A stretch of 27,690 nucleotides of DNA from Armatimonadota bacterium. GTDB taxonomy: Bacteria > Armatimonadota > UBA5829 > DTLH01. The stretch lies in contig JBDKSP010000116.1 in the NCBI GenBank assembly GCA_039680575.1, forward strand, positions 1-27,690. Reading direction: 5' to 3'. Below the pieces are notes generated by a model. That model saw nothing but the letters and a program-made list of their open reading frames with translations. It was not told the DNA's origin and ran no database searches. Position numbers and translations under genes: made by a program. Positions 1 to 10,089 of the stretch are shown here, piece by piece. Numbering within the stretch: position 1 is the first letter of the stretch; every line of letters starts with the position of its first letter.

Positions 1-1
1 G

Positions 2-112
2 CTCGTCGGGGCCGGTGCAGGCCGGAAGAACGGCAAGAACGGATCTCACCCCGTAGATCCCAGGAAAGCCATCCCATTCGACGACGACAACCAAACATTA
101 CAGGACTTCTAA
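2..112 (+). CDS. 3' end of a gene truncated by the window edge; probable methyl-accepting chemotaxis protein C-terminus
   Basis: Frame 2 reads LVGAGAGRKNGKNGSHPVDPRKAIPFDDDNQTLQDF* (TAA 110-112). The 'P..IPFDDD...DF' tail resembles MCP C-terminal CheR/CheB tether tails. A hairpin follows. Confidence 0.55.
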   Translation, partial: LVGAGAGRKNGKNGSHPVDPRKAIPFDDDNQTLQDF

Positions 113-127
113 CAGCCTCCAGTAGAC

Positions 128-158
128 TGAGGGCACCCGGTTACCCTGGGTGCCCTCA
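128..158 (+). terminator. GC-rich hairpin after the truncated gene; probable terminator
   Basis: TGAGGGCACCC (128-138) / GGGTGCCCTCA (148-158) is a perfect 11-bp inverted repeat. There is no U-tract. Confidence 0.55.
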
Positions 159-234
159 ACTATCCCCACAAATCCTCAGCATCTATTTCTTAATTGTTGG
201 GTAGAATCTTTGAAACACCCTGCGGAGGCGCGTT

Positions 235-543
235 GTGACGAAGATTAGAAACCTTTTCGATCTGATCGAGTTTCCGAAGGAAGGGATTCTGAGCAAAACC
301 ATTACTGAGAAACCTTCGGGTGAGGTCAGCATTTTCATGGTGCCTAAAGGCGAGAAGATATCCAGCCACACTTCATCACGCGATGCGACAGTCCAGATTA
401 TTCGCGGAGAGGCAGACTGGCAGCTTGGGGATGACTGGAACCGGGTTAAACCCGGAGACTGGTTCTTTATGCCAGCCGGACTACTGCATGCAGTCAATGC
501 GGTGGAAGACCTGGTGTTCCTCCTCACTTTATTCGGCCAGTGA
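235..543 (+). CDS. Cupin domain protein
   Basis: 102 aa, GTG start, GGAGG at 224-228. Cupin pattern: 'G.KISSHTS', 'IIRGEA', 'PGDWFFMPAGLLHAV.A'. Confidence 0.85.
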   Translation: MTKIRNLFDLIEFPKEGILSKTITEKPSGEVSIFMVPKGEKISSHTSSRDATVQIIRGEADWQLGDDWNRVKPGDWFFMPAGLLHAVNAVEDLVFLLTLFGQ

Positions 544-551
544 GGTGACCT

Positions 552-1781
552 ATGCGTATATCAACTGCAATCTTGATCATACTGCTGTTAGCCAGTCTTC
601 CTGGATGCAGGGGGCAAGCTCCAAAGAAGAGTACCGGCGCTGCATCGTCTTCGGGCAGCACTAATGCCAATCTGCCTCCACCTGGCCAACCGGAAGTCGG
701 AAGAACACCTCCCATGCCAAGCCCCGTACGCAGGCCTGTCGTGAACGAATTCAAGATCGAGGTATTTGCTTCCGGGCTGGTCGTGCCATGGGACATGGCG
801 TTTGTGCCGGGTGGGCGTATTTATGTCACGGAACGCCCCGGCAGAGTCAGGCTGATCGAAAACGGCGTGCTCCGCCAGCAACCTTACGCAGTTATAAACA
901 TCTCCGATGAAGGCGAAGGCGGGCTGATGGGGATAGCACTTCATCCCCACTATCCAAACCCACGCACAGTCTACCTGATGTATACTTACAAAAGCGGAGG
1001 AGAGACATATAACCGCATAAGCCGGTTCACGGACACCGGAAACGGGCTGACTGATGAGCAGGCAATCGTAACGCGTATCCCTGGAGCGTTTGTCCACAAC
1101 GGCGGGATAATCCGCTTCGGACCAGACGGCATGCTCTACGCCGGAACTGGAGACGCAAGAGAGCCTGAGCTTGCACAGGACAGGACATCATTCGCAGGTA
1201 AAATCCTCAGAATGACACCTGAAGGCCGGCCTCCTGGTGATAATCCGTTTCCTAACTCGCTGGTCTACGCTTACGGTTTTCGCAACGTTCAGGGACTCGC
1301 ATGGAACCCAAAGAATAACGATTTATGGGCTACGAACCACGGTCCGACAGGTGAATTCGGCCTTAGAGCTAAAGATTCTGTCTACATCGTTCAAAAAGGC
1401 GAGAATCACGGATGGCCGCGCGTTCTGGGCGTCACAGACAGGCGCGGCGTAGTAAACCCGATACTCTTTTTTCCGACCGTAGCTGCTGCACCTGGACTGG
1501 CGGCGTTCTATAATGCGAACCTGATGCCGGAACTAAAAGGAAATTTCTTCTTCACAACGCTTATCGGGGAACATCTTGAGCGCGTAATCCTGTCCGGGTC
1601 AAGAGAGATAGAGCGACTAGAGCGGTGGTGGGAAACGGGTACGCATACCGGCCGGTATGGGCGGCTGCGTGCAGTGGTCCAGGGCACGGATGGGCGGCTT
1701 TATGTCTCTACCAGCAACCGCGATGGCCGCGGCAGCGTCCAACCGGGGGATGATAAGATACTTCGAATCGGGCCAAAGTAG
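552..1781 (+). CDS. PQQ-dependent sugar dehydrogenase (glucose/sorbosone dehydrogenase family) lipoprotein
   Basis: Signal peptide with lipobox LPGC(19) and a Pro/Ser-rich linker. Family motifs PWDMAF, TERPGR, GEGGLMG, HNGG, GPDGMLY, GKILR, GFRN, GRLR. RBS GAGGTG. Confidence 0.9.
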   Translation: MRISTAILIILLLASLPGCRGQAPKKSTGAASSSGSTNANLPPPGQPEVGRTPPMPSPVRRPVVNEFKIEVFASGLVVPWDMAFVPGGRIYVTERPGRVRLIENGVLRQQPYAVINISDEGEGGLMGIALHPHYPNPRTVYLMYTYKSGGETYNRISRFTDTGNGLTDEQAIVTRIPGAFVHNGGIIRFGPDGMLYAGTGDAREPELAQDRTSFAGKILRMTPEGRPPGDNPFPNSLVYAYGFRNVQGLAWNPKNNDLWATNHGPTGEFGLRAKDSVYIVQKGENHGWPRVLGVTDRRGVVNPILFFPTVAAAPGLAAFYNANLMPELKGNFFFTTLIGEHLERVILSGSREIERLERWWETGTHTGRYGRLRAVVQGTDGRLYVSTSNRDGRGSVQPGDDKILRIGPK

Positions 1782-1788
1782 CTTTTAA

Positions 1789-1816
1789 CTATCAGTGGTC
1801 AGCAATCAGCTTTCAG
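1789..1816 (+). repeat. Degenerate heptamer tandem array (NNNTCAG)x4
   Basis: CTATCAG TGGTCAG CAATCAG CTTTCAG. Related arrays occur at 3317-3330 and 16698-16718. Confidence 0.6.
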
Positions 1817-1972
1817 GCCACCACTTGGGTTGATTTGCAATGCAGCCCGGACTTGCATAAAAGGGATCTGCGATCCCGGATATGTAATTATGGCCTCAAC
1901 TTGTGCACCCGACATCACAGATGCCTCATTTGCCTCTCCGGTAGGGATTGCAGATTATTACCGAGAGACAAT

Positions 1973-2016
1973 GGTGGAGACTCGTGCTTCGGGATGAAAA
2001 GCGATCCAAAAGCATA
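1973..2016 (+). repeat. Palindromic repeat family A, diverged copy
   Basis: 1984-2016 matches 16741-16773 at 27/33 nt. 1973-1995 matches the reverse complement of 22982-23004 at 21/23 nt. Confidence 0.75.
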
Positions 2017-2056
2017 AGGGTAAGTGCTGTAAACCTCCACCATCTCTTTCTGAATC

Positions 2057-3310
2057 CTAAATCCTTCTCCCTGCGCTTTCACCGGCAACCCAGCCGGTCG
2101 AAAAGGCCGCCTGGAGGTTATAGCCGCCCGTTATCGCGTCTATATCTATGACCTCACCGACGAAGTACAACCCCGGGACCAGCCGGGACTCCATTGTTTT
2201 GGGGTTGATCTCGCGAATGTCCACACCGCCCGCCGTTACAATCGCCTCATCCGGCGGACGAAGCGACTTTATGGTCAGATTCAGGTCGCGGAGCAGTTCC
2301 ATTATCCGCCTGCGCTCTTTAGCCGTGATCTTGTTGACCGGTTGGTGCTCCGAGACCCCCGATAACCTGATAAACACAGGGATAAGAGCTCTCGGCAGAA
2401 GCTCCGGAAGGTAGTTTACGAAGTGTTTCGTGCCGGTGAAGTCGCGTATAAGCCGCTGGTCGAGCTGTTCGTCCGAAAGCGCCGGTTTCAGGTCTATGGA
2501 AAGCTCCAGTCTGGCTGTCCCGATGAGATCGATGATTTTTCGGCTTAAGGTGAGAATAATCGGACCGGAGACACCGAAATGGGTGAAAAGCATCTCCCCG
2601 AACTGCCTTCCGATCAGCTTCCGTTTGCCGGTTTCTTCGATTTTATAGAGCTTGGCTTCAACATTTTTCAGACTCAAGCCCTGAAGCTCGCGCACCCATG
2701 GTTCTGCCGTAACCATCGCAGTAAGCGACGGCCTGGGATTTATCACGTTATGCCCTACTTCCGCTGCCATTTTATAGCCGTCACCGGTCGAGCCGGTCTT
2801 TGGGTAGGTAATTCCCCCTGTCGCAAGGATAACCGCATCTCCCCTGACCGGGCCTGAGTAAGTATCGACCCCTGCTGCCCGGCCGTCCTCTACGATGATC
2901 GATTTTACCCGCACATTCCGCCTGATCTCGACACCGAGGCTGCGTGCCCAGCCCTCAAGCGCGTCCGCGACATCATCTGCGTCGTCCGAGACGGGAAATA
3001 CCCTGCCGCCCCGCTCGACCTTGGTCTCGACCTTAAGCCGCTTGAGGAGCTCAATCAGTCCATCGCTAAAAAACCTCGAAAACACACCGTAGAGGAATTT
3101 ACCGTTTTCTCCGAAAGCCGCGATGAAATCGCTTTTGTCCGCCGTATTAGTGATGTTGGCGCGCCCCTTACCGGCGATTCGGAGCTTCCTCGCGGTTTCC
3201 GGTCCGCGCTCGATGAGCACTACCTTCGCGCCGCATTCAGCCGCGCGCCCCGCTGCAACAAGCCCGCCAGCGCCAGCGCCAATTACTATTACTTTGCTGC
3301 TTTTGTTCAT
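2057..3310 (-). CDS. NAD(P)/FAD-dependent oxidoreductase, HI0933/YhiN/BaiN family flavoprotein
   Basis: GAGAGG dinucleotide-binding motif, GKGRANITN, GRVFP, ATGG.TYPKTGSTGDG, LFTHFGVSGP, TAGGV, GLYFVGE..D....TGGYNLQ.AFSTG. Confidence 0.93.
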   Translation of the reverse strand: MNKSSKVIVIGAGAGGLVAAGRAAECGAKVVLIERGPETARKLRIAGKGRANITNTADKSDFIAAFGENGKFLYGVFSRFFSDGLIELLKRLKVETKVERGGRVFPVSDDADDVADALEGWARSLGVEIRRNVRVKSIIVEDGRAAGVDTYSGPVRGDAVILATGGITYPKTGSTGDGYKMAAEVGHNVINPRPSLTAMVTAEPWVRELQGLSLKNVEAKLYKIEETGKRKLIGRQFGEMLFTHFGVSGPIILTLSRKIIDLIGTARLELSIDLKPALSDEQLDQRLIRDFTGTKHFVNYLPELLPRALIPVFIRLSGVSEHQPVNKITAKERRRIMELLRDLNLTIKSLRPPDEAIVTAGGVDIREINPKTMESRLVPGLYFVGEVIDIDAITGGYNLQAAFSTGWVAGESAGRRI

Positions 3311-3342
3311 CTTTAGTTATCAGCCGTCAGCTTTATTCGCCC

Positions 3343-3383
3343 AAAACCAAAAACGGGTGACGAGGAGATCCCCATCACCCGTT
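3343..3383 (-). terminator. Intrinsic terminator after ftsZ
   Basis: Minus strand AACGGGTGATGGGG-ATCT-CCTCGTCACCCGTT (14 bp including G-U pairs), followed by TTTGGTTTT. Confidence 0.75.
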
Positions 3384-3405
3384 ATCTGTTGCTTATTTTC
3401 GAGAA

Positions 3406-4548
3406 CTATCTTCTCCGAAGGAAGGCAGGAATGTCCAACTCGCTTTCACCGACTATCGAAGGAATGGTTTCCTCGACAGGTATCTGCTGGACGCGCTCCG
3501 CACCTCTCTCGTCTCTTCGTTCCGGCTGAGTCTGAGCAGCTCTCTCTGCGAGTACAGGTTCGGCTTTCGCCTCCTGCTTCTGCGCCGGTTTCTCAGGTCT
3601 TGTCGCGTCGAATCCGGTAGCCAGAACGGTGATTCTCACCTCTCCGACCATCGTCTCATCCACTACGGTTCCGAAGATGATGTTTACATGCTCCTCATCG
3701 GTCGCGCGGTAGATGATTTCAGCCGCTTCGTAGACCTCTGAAAGCGTAAGGTCGGGTCCGCCGGTGATATTTAACAGCACGCCTCTGGCTCCGTCTATCG
3801 AAGTCTCAAGAAGCGGGCTCGCCGTGGCGGCCTGCGCTGCCTGGACAGCTCTCTGTTCGCCGCTTCCGTGGCCGATGCCCATCAATGCCGATCCCTGGTT
3901 CTGCATGATCGTCTTCACATCGGCGAAGTCCACATTGATCATACCCGGGATCGTAATAATGTCCGAAATTCCCTGGACTCCCTGGCGAAGAACGTCGTCG
4001 GCCACACGGAATGCATCCGTGAGCGTCGCGCGCTTGTCCACCACAGACAGGATTCTATCGTTCGGGATGGTGATAAGCGTATCGACCTTGTCCCGCAGGT
4101 CTTCTATTCCGTACTCGGCGGATTTAGCCCGCTTTGCACCCTCGAAACCGAACGGCCTGGTTACGACAGCCACAGTAAGAGCGCCAAGTTCTTTCGACAT
4201 CTCGGCTATCACCCCGGCCGACCCGGTACCGGTCCCGCCGCCCATACCGGCGGTTATGAAGACCATGTCTGCTCCTTCGAGCACTTTTCTTATATCCTGA
4301 CGGGACTCCTCAGCCGATCTGCGGCCCACGTCCGGGTCGCCTCCAGCTCCAAGTCCCTTTGTAAGATTCTCACCCAGTTGGAGTTTGTGTTCCGCCGCTG
4401 ACAGGTGCAGCACCTGCATGTCGGTGTTCATCGCGACGAAATCGACACCAGCTACGCCGGCTTCGATCATCCGATTAACGGCATTACTTCCTCCTCCGCC
4501 AACTCCGATAACTTTTATCCTGGCGTAGCGATCGTCGCCATTTACCAT
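3406..4548 (-). CDS. ftsZ: Cell division protein FtsZ
   Basis: [10 protein letters not shown], tubulin signature GGGTGTG, NVDFAD, C-terminal [10 protein letters not shown]. The start is placed at ATG 4548 behind GAGGGAG; the ORF is open to 4581. Confidence 0.98.
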   Translation of the reverse strand: MVNGDDRYARIKVIGVGGGGSNAVNRMIEAGVAGVDFVAMNTDMQVLHLSAAEHKLQLGENLTKGLGAGGDPDVGRRSAEESRQDIRKVLEGADMVFITAGMGGGTGTGSAGVIAEMSKELGALTVAVVTRPFGFEGAKRAKSAEYGIEDLRDKVDTLITIPNDRILSVVDKRATLTDAFRVADDVLRQGVQGISDIITIPGMINVDFADVKTIMQNQGSALMGIGHGSGEQRAVQAAQAATASPLLETSIDGARGVLLNITGGPDLTLSEVYEAAEIIYRATDEEHVNIIFGTVVDETMVGEVRITVLATGFDATRPEKPAQKQEAKAEPVLAERAAQTQPERRDERGAERVQQIPVEETIPSIVGESELDIPAFLRRR

Positions 4549-4702
4549 CACTATACCGCTCCCCTCTCTTGTCGGTCCCATGTCTGATTATATAAATGCT
4601 GCTAAAATGCTATGTCGGCAGCCCGCTGAATATACTTCCTACTTAGGCATTGATACCCGGGAAGCCTCTGTGCAATTACAAAATACTATTAAAAAAGATT
4701 GA

Positions 4703-5926
4703 TTACTTAAACAACCGTCTGATGCCGGTGACTACATTGGAGATAAGGCTGGGTGATCTTCCATTATCCTTCACGCTCGTCCTGTGTCTTGCGACGAACT
4801 TCACAAGTCCCACAGCAGTCGAGAAAACCGGACTGGCGACGGAATCGATCATCCCGCCGACTCCTCTTGGTGACTCAATCCGCGACGGAGTTTCGAGTAT
4901 CTTCGTCGCCATCTCCACAATACCCGGAAGGAGCGCCGTGCCTCCCGTGAGGGCTATTCCCATCGGCAGAAGCCCAAGATAACCGGACCGGTCTATCTCC
5001 CTCTTCGCCATCTCGAATATCTCTTCCACGCGCGGCTCTATCAACTGCGCAAGGATGTGCTGCGGCAGGCTTTTCGGCTCAGTCGATCCGAGCGCCGCTA
5101 CTTCGAACATCGCTCCGGGCTCGACTATATCTTCACTGGCCTGCCCGTAATCTTTCTTCACTCGTTCAGCTTCATCATGAGCAGCCTGCAGCCCGACGGC
5201 TATATCGTGGGTGATGTGGCTGCCGCCGACCGGGAGCACAGCCGTATAATAGACCTCACCGTCTACGAATATCGCAATATCCGTAGTCCCGCCGCCTATA
5301 TCAATGACTGCAACCCCAAGGTCTCTTTCTTCCTGGCTCGTCACAGCCAGCCCGGAAGCGATGGATGCCAGCACAGTCTCTTCGACATCGACCCCGGCCT
5401 TGGCCACGCTCTTAACGACATTCTGAAGGAAGCTCGTGGAGCCTGTAACGATGTGGGTCTCGACCTCCAAACGGCGTCCGGACATGCCTAAGGGGTCCTT
5501 GATGCCGGTTTGACCGTCGATGGTGAATCCTCTGGGAATCGCGTGGATGATCTCCCGTTCCGGGGGAAGGACGATGACGCGGGATGCGTCCAGCACCCGC
5601 TCTACATGCTCGCGGCGGACCTCATGGTCCTCCTGGGTGACGGCGACTCTGCCGGGGCTGTTGAGTGAGGAGATATGCTCGCCGGTGACGCCGACGATGG
5701 CAGTGTGGATCTCAACGCCCGAAATGCGCTGCGCCAGGCCTACTGCTTCCCGTATTGCAGCCGATGTAGCGTCCATATCGACGACAACCCCGCGTTTAAG
5801 CCCCGCGCAGGGCACTGCGCCGACACCAATGATGTCGACACGGCCATCGTCGAACACTTCAGCGACTGTCGCACATATTTTTGTCGATCCTATATCTAAT
5901 CCGGCAAATATCTCACTTTTAGCCAC
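4703..5926 (-). CDS. ftsA: Cell division protein FtsA
   Basis: GLDIGSTKI, DIGGGTTD, GGSHIT.DI, LTGG, C-terminal amphipathic helix. GTG start with GGAGG, directly upstream of ftsZ. Confidence 0.97.
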   Translation of the reverse strand: MAKSEIFAGLDIGSTKICATVAEVFDDGRVDIIGVGAVPCAGLKRGVVVDMDATSAAIREAVGLAQRISGVEIHTAIVGVTGEHISSLNSPGRVAVTQEDHEVRREHVERVLDASRVIVLPPEREIIHAIPRGFTIDGQTGIKDPLGMSGRRLEVETHIVTGSTSFLQNVVKSVAKAGVDVEETVLASIASGLAVTSQEERDLGVAVIDIGGGTTDIAIFVDGEVYYTAVLPVGGSHITHDIAVGLQAAHDEAERVKKDYGQASEDIVEPGAMFEVAALGSTEPKSLPQHILAQLIEPRVEEIFEMAKREIDRSGYLGLLPMGIALTGGTALLPGIVEMATKILETPSRIESPRGVGGMIDSVASPVFSTAVGLVKFVARHRTSVKDNGRSPSLISNVVTGIRRLFK

Positions 5927-6066
5927 GGTTACCTCCGAGACGCATTAAGCGTCAGCCCAAAATATTATGTATAGAATATCAACAACCCGTGGCAGGAGTT
6001 GCATATTCTAGTCATTTATACGGCCGAGACGACCCAAAGCGTTCCTTCGCGGTTTATCCTTGCCTT

Positions 6067-6426
6067 TTATCTGCCTCGTTTTTTTGATAGAACTGCCTTC
6101 GTCAACCAGTATCTGCGTATCAGCGAAAGGTTCAGGAACACCCGCCCACCAAGTACCACGACGGCGGCCAAAAACAGGTTGACCCCTATCTGGTCTCCGA
6201 AGTAGGCCAGCGCTGCTGCAAGAATCACATTTACGGCGAACCCGGAGATGAATATATCTCCGTGGAACTTGCCTTCGAGCCCAGCCCTGATCCCTCCGAA
6301 GAACGAATCAAGTCCGGCCAGTGTGCCAAGAGACAGATAGCTCGCCATGTAGCTTGGCACCTTAATATCCTGCGTGTATATCGCTAAAAACCCTGCAATA
6401 AGACCCACCAGGGGCAGCCAAGCCAT
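6067..6426 (-). CDS. sbp: Small basic family protein (DUF1290, Sbp-like) membrane protein
   Basis: YLS..LAGLDS.FGGIRA.LEG.F...IF.SGF..N...A, G.RVF.NL..IRR. Conserved position between DUF881 and ftsA. Confidence 0.88.
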   Translation of the reverse strand: MAWLPLVGLIAGFLAIYTQDIKVPSYMASYLSLGTLAGLDSFFGGIRAGLEGKFHGDIFISGFAVNVILAAALAYFGDQIGVNLFLAAVVVLGGRVFLNLSLIRRYWLTKAVLSKKRGR

Positions 6427-6481
6427 ATTCAGATATCCTCTTCCATTGTTACAGTATTACCAAAATAGGCCTTAGTATAAA

Positions 6482-7201
6482 TCATCGCCCTGATTCCAAA
6501 GGCTTTGCCCATCTATACGATGTCAATTCCGCCGGTTTTATCGTAATGTGGTTTTCCTGCTTGATCGTGACCATTTTAGGATCAGGGAAGCTGTCGACGA
6601 TCCCCTGAGGCATCCTGAGAGCGCCTTCCAACGTCTTCGGGTCGCCTATGGCCTTGATCTCGTAGGGCGCGACCAGCGGCCAGTTGTTGATCTGTATGTT
6701 ATTCCCGGCGCATCTGATGGCGGACCTTGAAGTTACGCGCTGATCGTTGACCGATATAGCTTCAGCTCCCGCATTGACCAGTTCGTTGATAAAGTTTCTT
6801 ATATCGGAATCGTGTATAATCAAATCGATGGGAGCGGTCTCGGTCGATGGTTTTCCCGGGCTGTCTTTAAGCTGCAAAACTATCCCCGCACCTTCGGCCG
6901 TAGTCAGTCCCGCTCTGAACTTCGAATCATGCAGTTCCTTGATAAGAGCAGCTACGGCAGGTGAACCATTTCCGGCCTGCTTTTCGTAAGCCGTGATCTT
7001 TTCCTGCAGGAGTTCCACCTGGTCCTTGAGCATCTTGTTCTGCTGCTTGGTATCCCTTATGACAGCAACCATCTCGCGAAGGTTAGTCGGCACATTGTTT
7101 TCAACGCCTACCTGCTGCTGCGTTTTGAGCGACACTGCAAGCAACATGCCAAGTATTACGCTCATTATAGTGATTTTAGTGATCCACGAATCGTTACGCA
7201 C
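6482..7201 (-). CDS. DUF881 domain protein (YlxW/YlxX-like)
   Basis: N-terminal TM helix, a coiled coil, then AGLT...G.G, IHD.DI...INEL..AGAEAISVN.QR, PYEI.AIGDP..L. Confidence 0.9.
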   Translation of the reverse strand: MRNDSWITKITIMSVILGMLLAVSLKTQQQVGVENNVPTNLREMVAVIRDTKQQNKMLKDQVELLQEKITAYEKQAGNGSPAVAALIKELHDSKFRAGLTTAEGAGIVLQLKDSPGKPSTETAPIDLIIHDSDIRNFINELVNAGAEAISVNDQRVTSRSAIRCAGNNIQINNWPLVAPYEIKAIGDPKTLEGALRMPQGIVDSFPDPKMVTIKQENHITIKPAELTSYRWAKPLESGR

Positions 7202-7251
7202 CGAATGTACTCTTAATTACTGAGTTTCAAAACTCTCGCTGTGAAAAATAT

Positions 7252-8124
7252 TCAGTCCCCGGCCCCGTCTCCTGAAGGTATATCGATTTTTCGCTTCCAG
7301 ACGGGTTTTTCATAGCAACTTATATCTATGTAGAGCAGGCTTTCGCCCCTGTCTCGGAGCGCTGGAAGCATCTTCCGAAGCGTTTCCAGTTTCTCAGGAA
7401 TTTCAACCGGCTGGCCAAATTTTATATAGAAGTTACTTCCAATATTTAAACACAGATTCCCTGCTGGGTCAACGGATATTTTGTCAATATTGCACTCAGC
7501 ATTCCTGCAGTCGAAAATACATGCCATGGCGCTCGAAAGCGGCGCATTTTTGGGCTTTTCGCCGAGAGTAAGCTTCGAATAGTGTTCTCTGGCGAGTTCG
7601 ACGACCGGAACGCCCCGCGGAAGTATGTCAGATATGTGAAAAGGAATTCCTTCCGGGTCAACAAGCAGGTAACTCTGAGGCTGTGGCTTCTGTTCGGAAG
7701 TTTCGAGAGGTATAACAGCCGCGTAAGGCGTTCGTTCCTTCACCCTGACGACGACTGTTCGGGGTAAAATCCTTCCGATGCCGACCTTGCTGATCTCCGG
7801 TCTGTTTTTCATCACCTGCTCGGTGATGCGTCCCCTTGAGATAAGCAGGATATTCTTTCCAACGACCGCTGATCGCACATCGAGCTCTACCGAACCGGCA
7901 TCCACCAGCCGGGTCCCGATGATTTTTACCTGTGTAACACTGAGTTTTGGAGTAGTCAGGAGCTGGTAACACCCATACCCTATACCCACGAGACCGATCA
8001 GGATGACAAGCGGCCACAACAACCGGCGAAGTTTGAACCGCCGCCGGTTTTTTAACGGCCTGCGTTTATATGCGCGTCTTGTCGTCGGTCTGCGTGTAGA
8101 TCGGGTGGACCTGCTCCTTCGCAA
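7252..8124 (-). CDS. ftsQ: Cell division protein FtsQ/DivIB
   Basis: Arg-rich cytoplasmic N-terminus, one TM helix, POTRA-like segment ending LP.TV.V.VKER.P, C-terminal YID. Position after ddl. Confidence 0.85.
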   Translation of the reverse strand: MRRSRSTRSTRRPTTRRAYKRRPLKNRRRFKLRRLLWPLVILIGLVGIGYGCYQLLTTPKLSVTQVKIIGTRLVDAGSVELDVRSAVVGKNILLISRGRITEQVMKNRPEISKVGIGRILPRTVVVRVKERTPYAAVIPLETSEQKPQPQSYLLVDPEGIPFHISDILPRGVPVVELAREHYSKLTLGEKPKNAPLSSAMACIFDCRNAECNIDKISVDPAGNLCLNIGSNFYIKFGQPVEIPEKLETLRKMLPALRDRGESLLYIDISCYEKPVWKRKIDIPSGDGAGD

Positions 8125-8127
8125 AGG

Positions 8128-9156
8128 TTACTCCTCCTCAAGAGCGAGCTGAATCAACTTGTCCAGAAGATCCGGGAACTCGATCCCCGCTGCTTTGGCT
8201 GCCGTCGGAAGGAGGCTCGTCGGCGTCATGCCGGGGATAGTATTTACTTCCAGCACAACGATCTCGCCGTCCGGCTTTACTATCATATCGACTCTCGACA
8301 TACCGCAGCATCCGAGCGCCTTGTGTGATGCGAGCGCAAGTTTCCTCGCTTTTTCGGCGGCCTGTCCGGGTATCCGTGCCGGGACTATCTCTTCGGTCGC
8401 GCCCGGCGTGTATTTCGCTTCGTAGTCGTAGAACCCCTTGGCGGGGACTATTTCTATGATGGGAAGAGCCTCAGGCTCATCATTTCCGAGCACACCTACA
8501 GTGATCTCCGTCCCACTTACAAACTGCTCTATCAGCACATGGCTGTCGTATCTGAACGCTTCTTCGACCGCTGACTCAAGTTCGTTTCCAGATTCCACCT
8601 TTCTCATGCCGATGGTCGAACCCTGCCTGCTCGGTTTGACGATAACAGGGTAACCGAGCGGCGCGACCGCGTCTTTCAGACAGATATCAGCAAGATCGGC
8701 CTTTCGCGTAAAGTCGATCGAAACAGGGGCGGGGACTCCAGCCGCCATAAGCACCCGCTTCGACATTATCTTGTCCATCGCCAGTGCGCTCGCGAGCACA
8801 CCGGAGCCGGTGTAGGGTATGCCGAGCAGTTCGAGCATCCCCTGAACAGCGCCGTCCTCGCCGTATTTGCCATGCAGCGCGATGAACGCCACATCCGCCC
8901 GCCCAGCTACATCGGTAATGGAATACAGCGGGCCTATACTTGCAAGCCCTTTCTCCACCTCGGCTATGGCAGCGACTTCCGTCTCGCTTCCGAGAAGTAT
9001 CCGCCTGACGCTTCCCGCGAAGATCGCCGGATCGACCGGCATCACATCGTATTTAGTCTTGTCCAGCGACTCCAGGATCATCTTACCTGTAGAAAGAGAA
9101 ACGGCCCGTTCAGATGACAGGCCGCCCATCAGTACCGCAACTCTCAGCTTACTCAC
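8128..9156 (-). CDS. ddl: D-alanine--D-alanine ligase
   Basis: GG.SSER.VSL.TG, ALHG.YGEDG.VQG, MDK, VKP...GS, FYDYEAKY, LEVNTIPGMT..SL.P. Confidence 0.97.
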   Translation of the reverse strand: MSKLRVAVLMGGLSSERAVSLSTGKMILESLDKTKYDVMPVDPAIFAGSVRRILLGSETEVAAIAEVEKGLASIGPLYSITDVAGRADVAFIALHGKYGEDGAVQGMLELLGIPYTGSGVLASALAMDKIMSKRVLMAAGVPAPVSIDFTRKADLADICLKDAVAPLGYPVIVKPSRQGSTIGMRKVESGNELESAVEEAFRYDSHVLIEQFVSGTEITVGVLGNDEPEALPIIEIVPAKGFYDYEAKYTPGATEEIVPARIPGQAAEKARKLALASHKALGCCGMSRVDMIVKPDGEIVVLEVNTIPGMTPTSLLPTAAKAAGIEFPDLLDKLIQLALEEE

Positions 9157-9159
9157 GCT

Positions 9160-10089
9160 CTACCAATCTCCTACTATCCTTACTTCATAAATGAGATCGA
9201 CATCGAACTCTTTTTTAACCTTCTCACGCACCTGTTCGGCAAGCGCCCGGATGTCAGCCGCGCTGGCTGACCCCATGTTCATGATGAAATTACCGTGTTT
9301 ATCGGCAACGGCCGCATCGCCGACATGAGACCCTTTGAGCCCGGCACGGTCGATCAACTGCCCCGCGCTCTGGCCATCAGGATTCTTGAACATGCACCCG
9401 GCGCTCCGGCCTATCGTGGGCAAATTGACATTTCTGCGAGCCCTGATGTCCTCCGCGGTCTGAACAAGTCCGTCTTTATCCCCAGGTTTCAGGTGCAAAA
9501 CCGCTTCCGTGATGATCTTGCTCTTATCCGTCTGAAACACGCTCCAGCGGTACTTGAACTGGATGTCATCAGGAGTCAGTTCGAGCTGTTCGCCTTTATC
9601 TGTTACTACGCGCACAAGCTCGACGACGTTTCCGATCTCTCCCCGGTAAGTCCCGGCATTCATCACAATCGCTCCGCCGATTGTACCGGGAATTCCGGCA
9701 ATGTTTTCCATCCCGGCAAGTCCTGCATCGACAGATACAGATACGGCTTTATCGAGTTTTGCCCCGCTTCCGGCTGTGATGCGTTCTTTATCGATTTCAA
9801 TCTTCGTGAACGGCTTCCCCATCCTGATGACGACGCCCCGAATACCTTTGTCCGCCACAAGCAGGTTCGCGCCGTCGCCGAAGACGAACCACGGTATCTG
9901 CTGCCTGTTCACCCAGGCCATAACCGCCGCGAGGTCAGCGGTGTCCGCCGGTTGTACGAAGATATCGGCCGGACCACCGATGCCGAAGGTTGTATGTTTC
10001 GCCATCGGCTCATCGGTCTTCACTATTCCACGGACAATTCGTCCTAATTCTTTGTTTGTTTCAGTATTCAAAGCCGCAATAACACTCAC
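9160..10089 (-). CDS. murB: UDP-N-acetylenolpyruvoylglucosamine reductase
   Basis: HTTFGIGGPA, G.GANLLV, GIPGTIGGA..MNAG, SAGC.FKNP, KHGNFI.N, EVRIVG. Confidence 0.96.
   Translation of the reverse strand: MSVIAALNTETNKELGRIVRGIVKTDEPMAKHTTFGIGGPADIFVQPADTADLAAVMAWVNRQQIPWFVFGDGANLLVADKGIRGVVIRMGKPFTKIEIDKERITAGSGAKLDKAVSVSVDAGLAGMENIAGIPGTIGGAIVMNAGTYRGEIGNVVELVRVVTDKGEQLELTPDDIQFKYRWSVFQTDKSKIITEAVLHLKPGDKDGLVQTAEDIRARRNVNLPTIGRSAGCMFKNPDGQSAGQLIDRAGLKGSHVGDAAVADKHGNFIMNMGSASAADIRALAEQVREKVKKEFDVDLIYEVRIVGDW

Noticed and set aside
1835..2043. Cys-rich 60-aa ORF (1835-2017, +) and 42-aa ORF (1915-2043, -)
   Set aside because: No convincing RBS or motif, and both overlap a repeat element.
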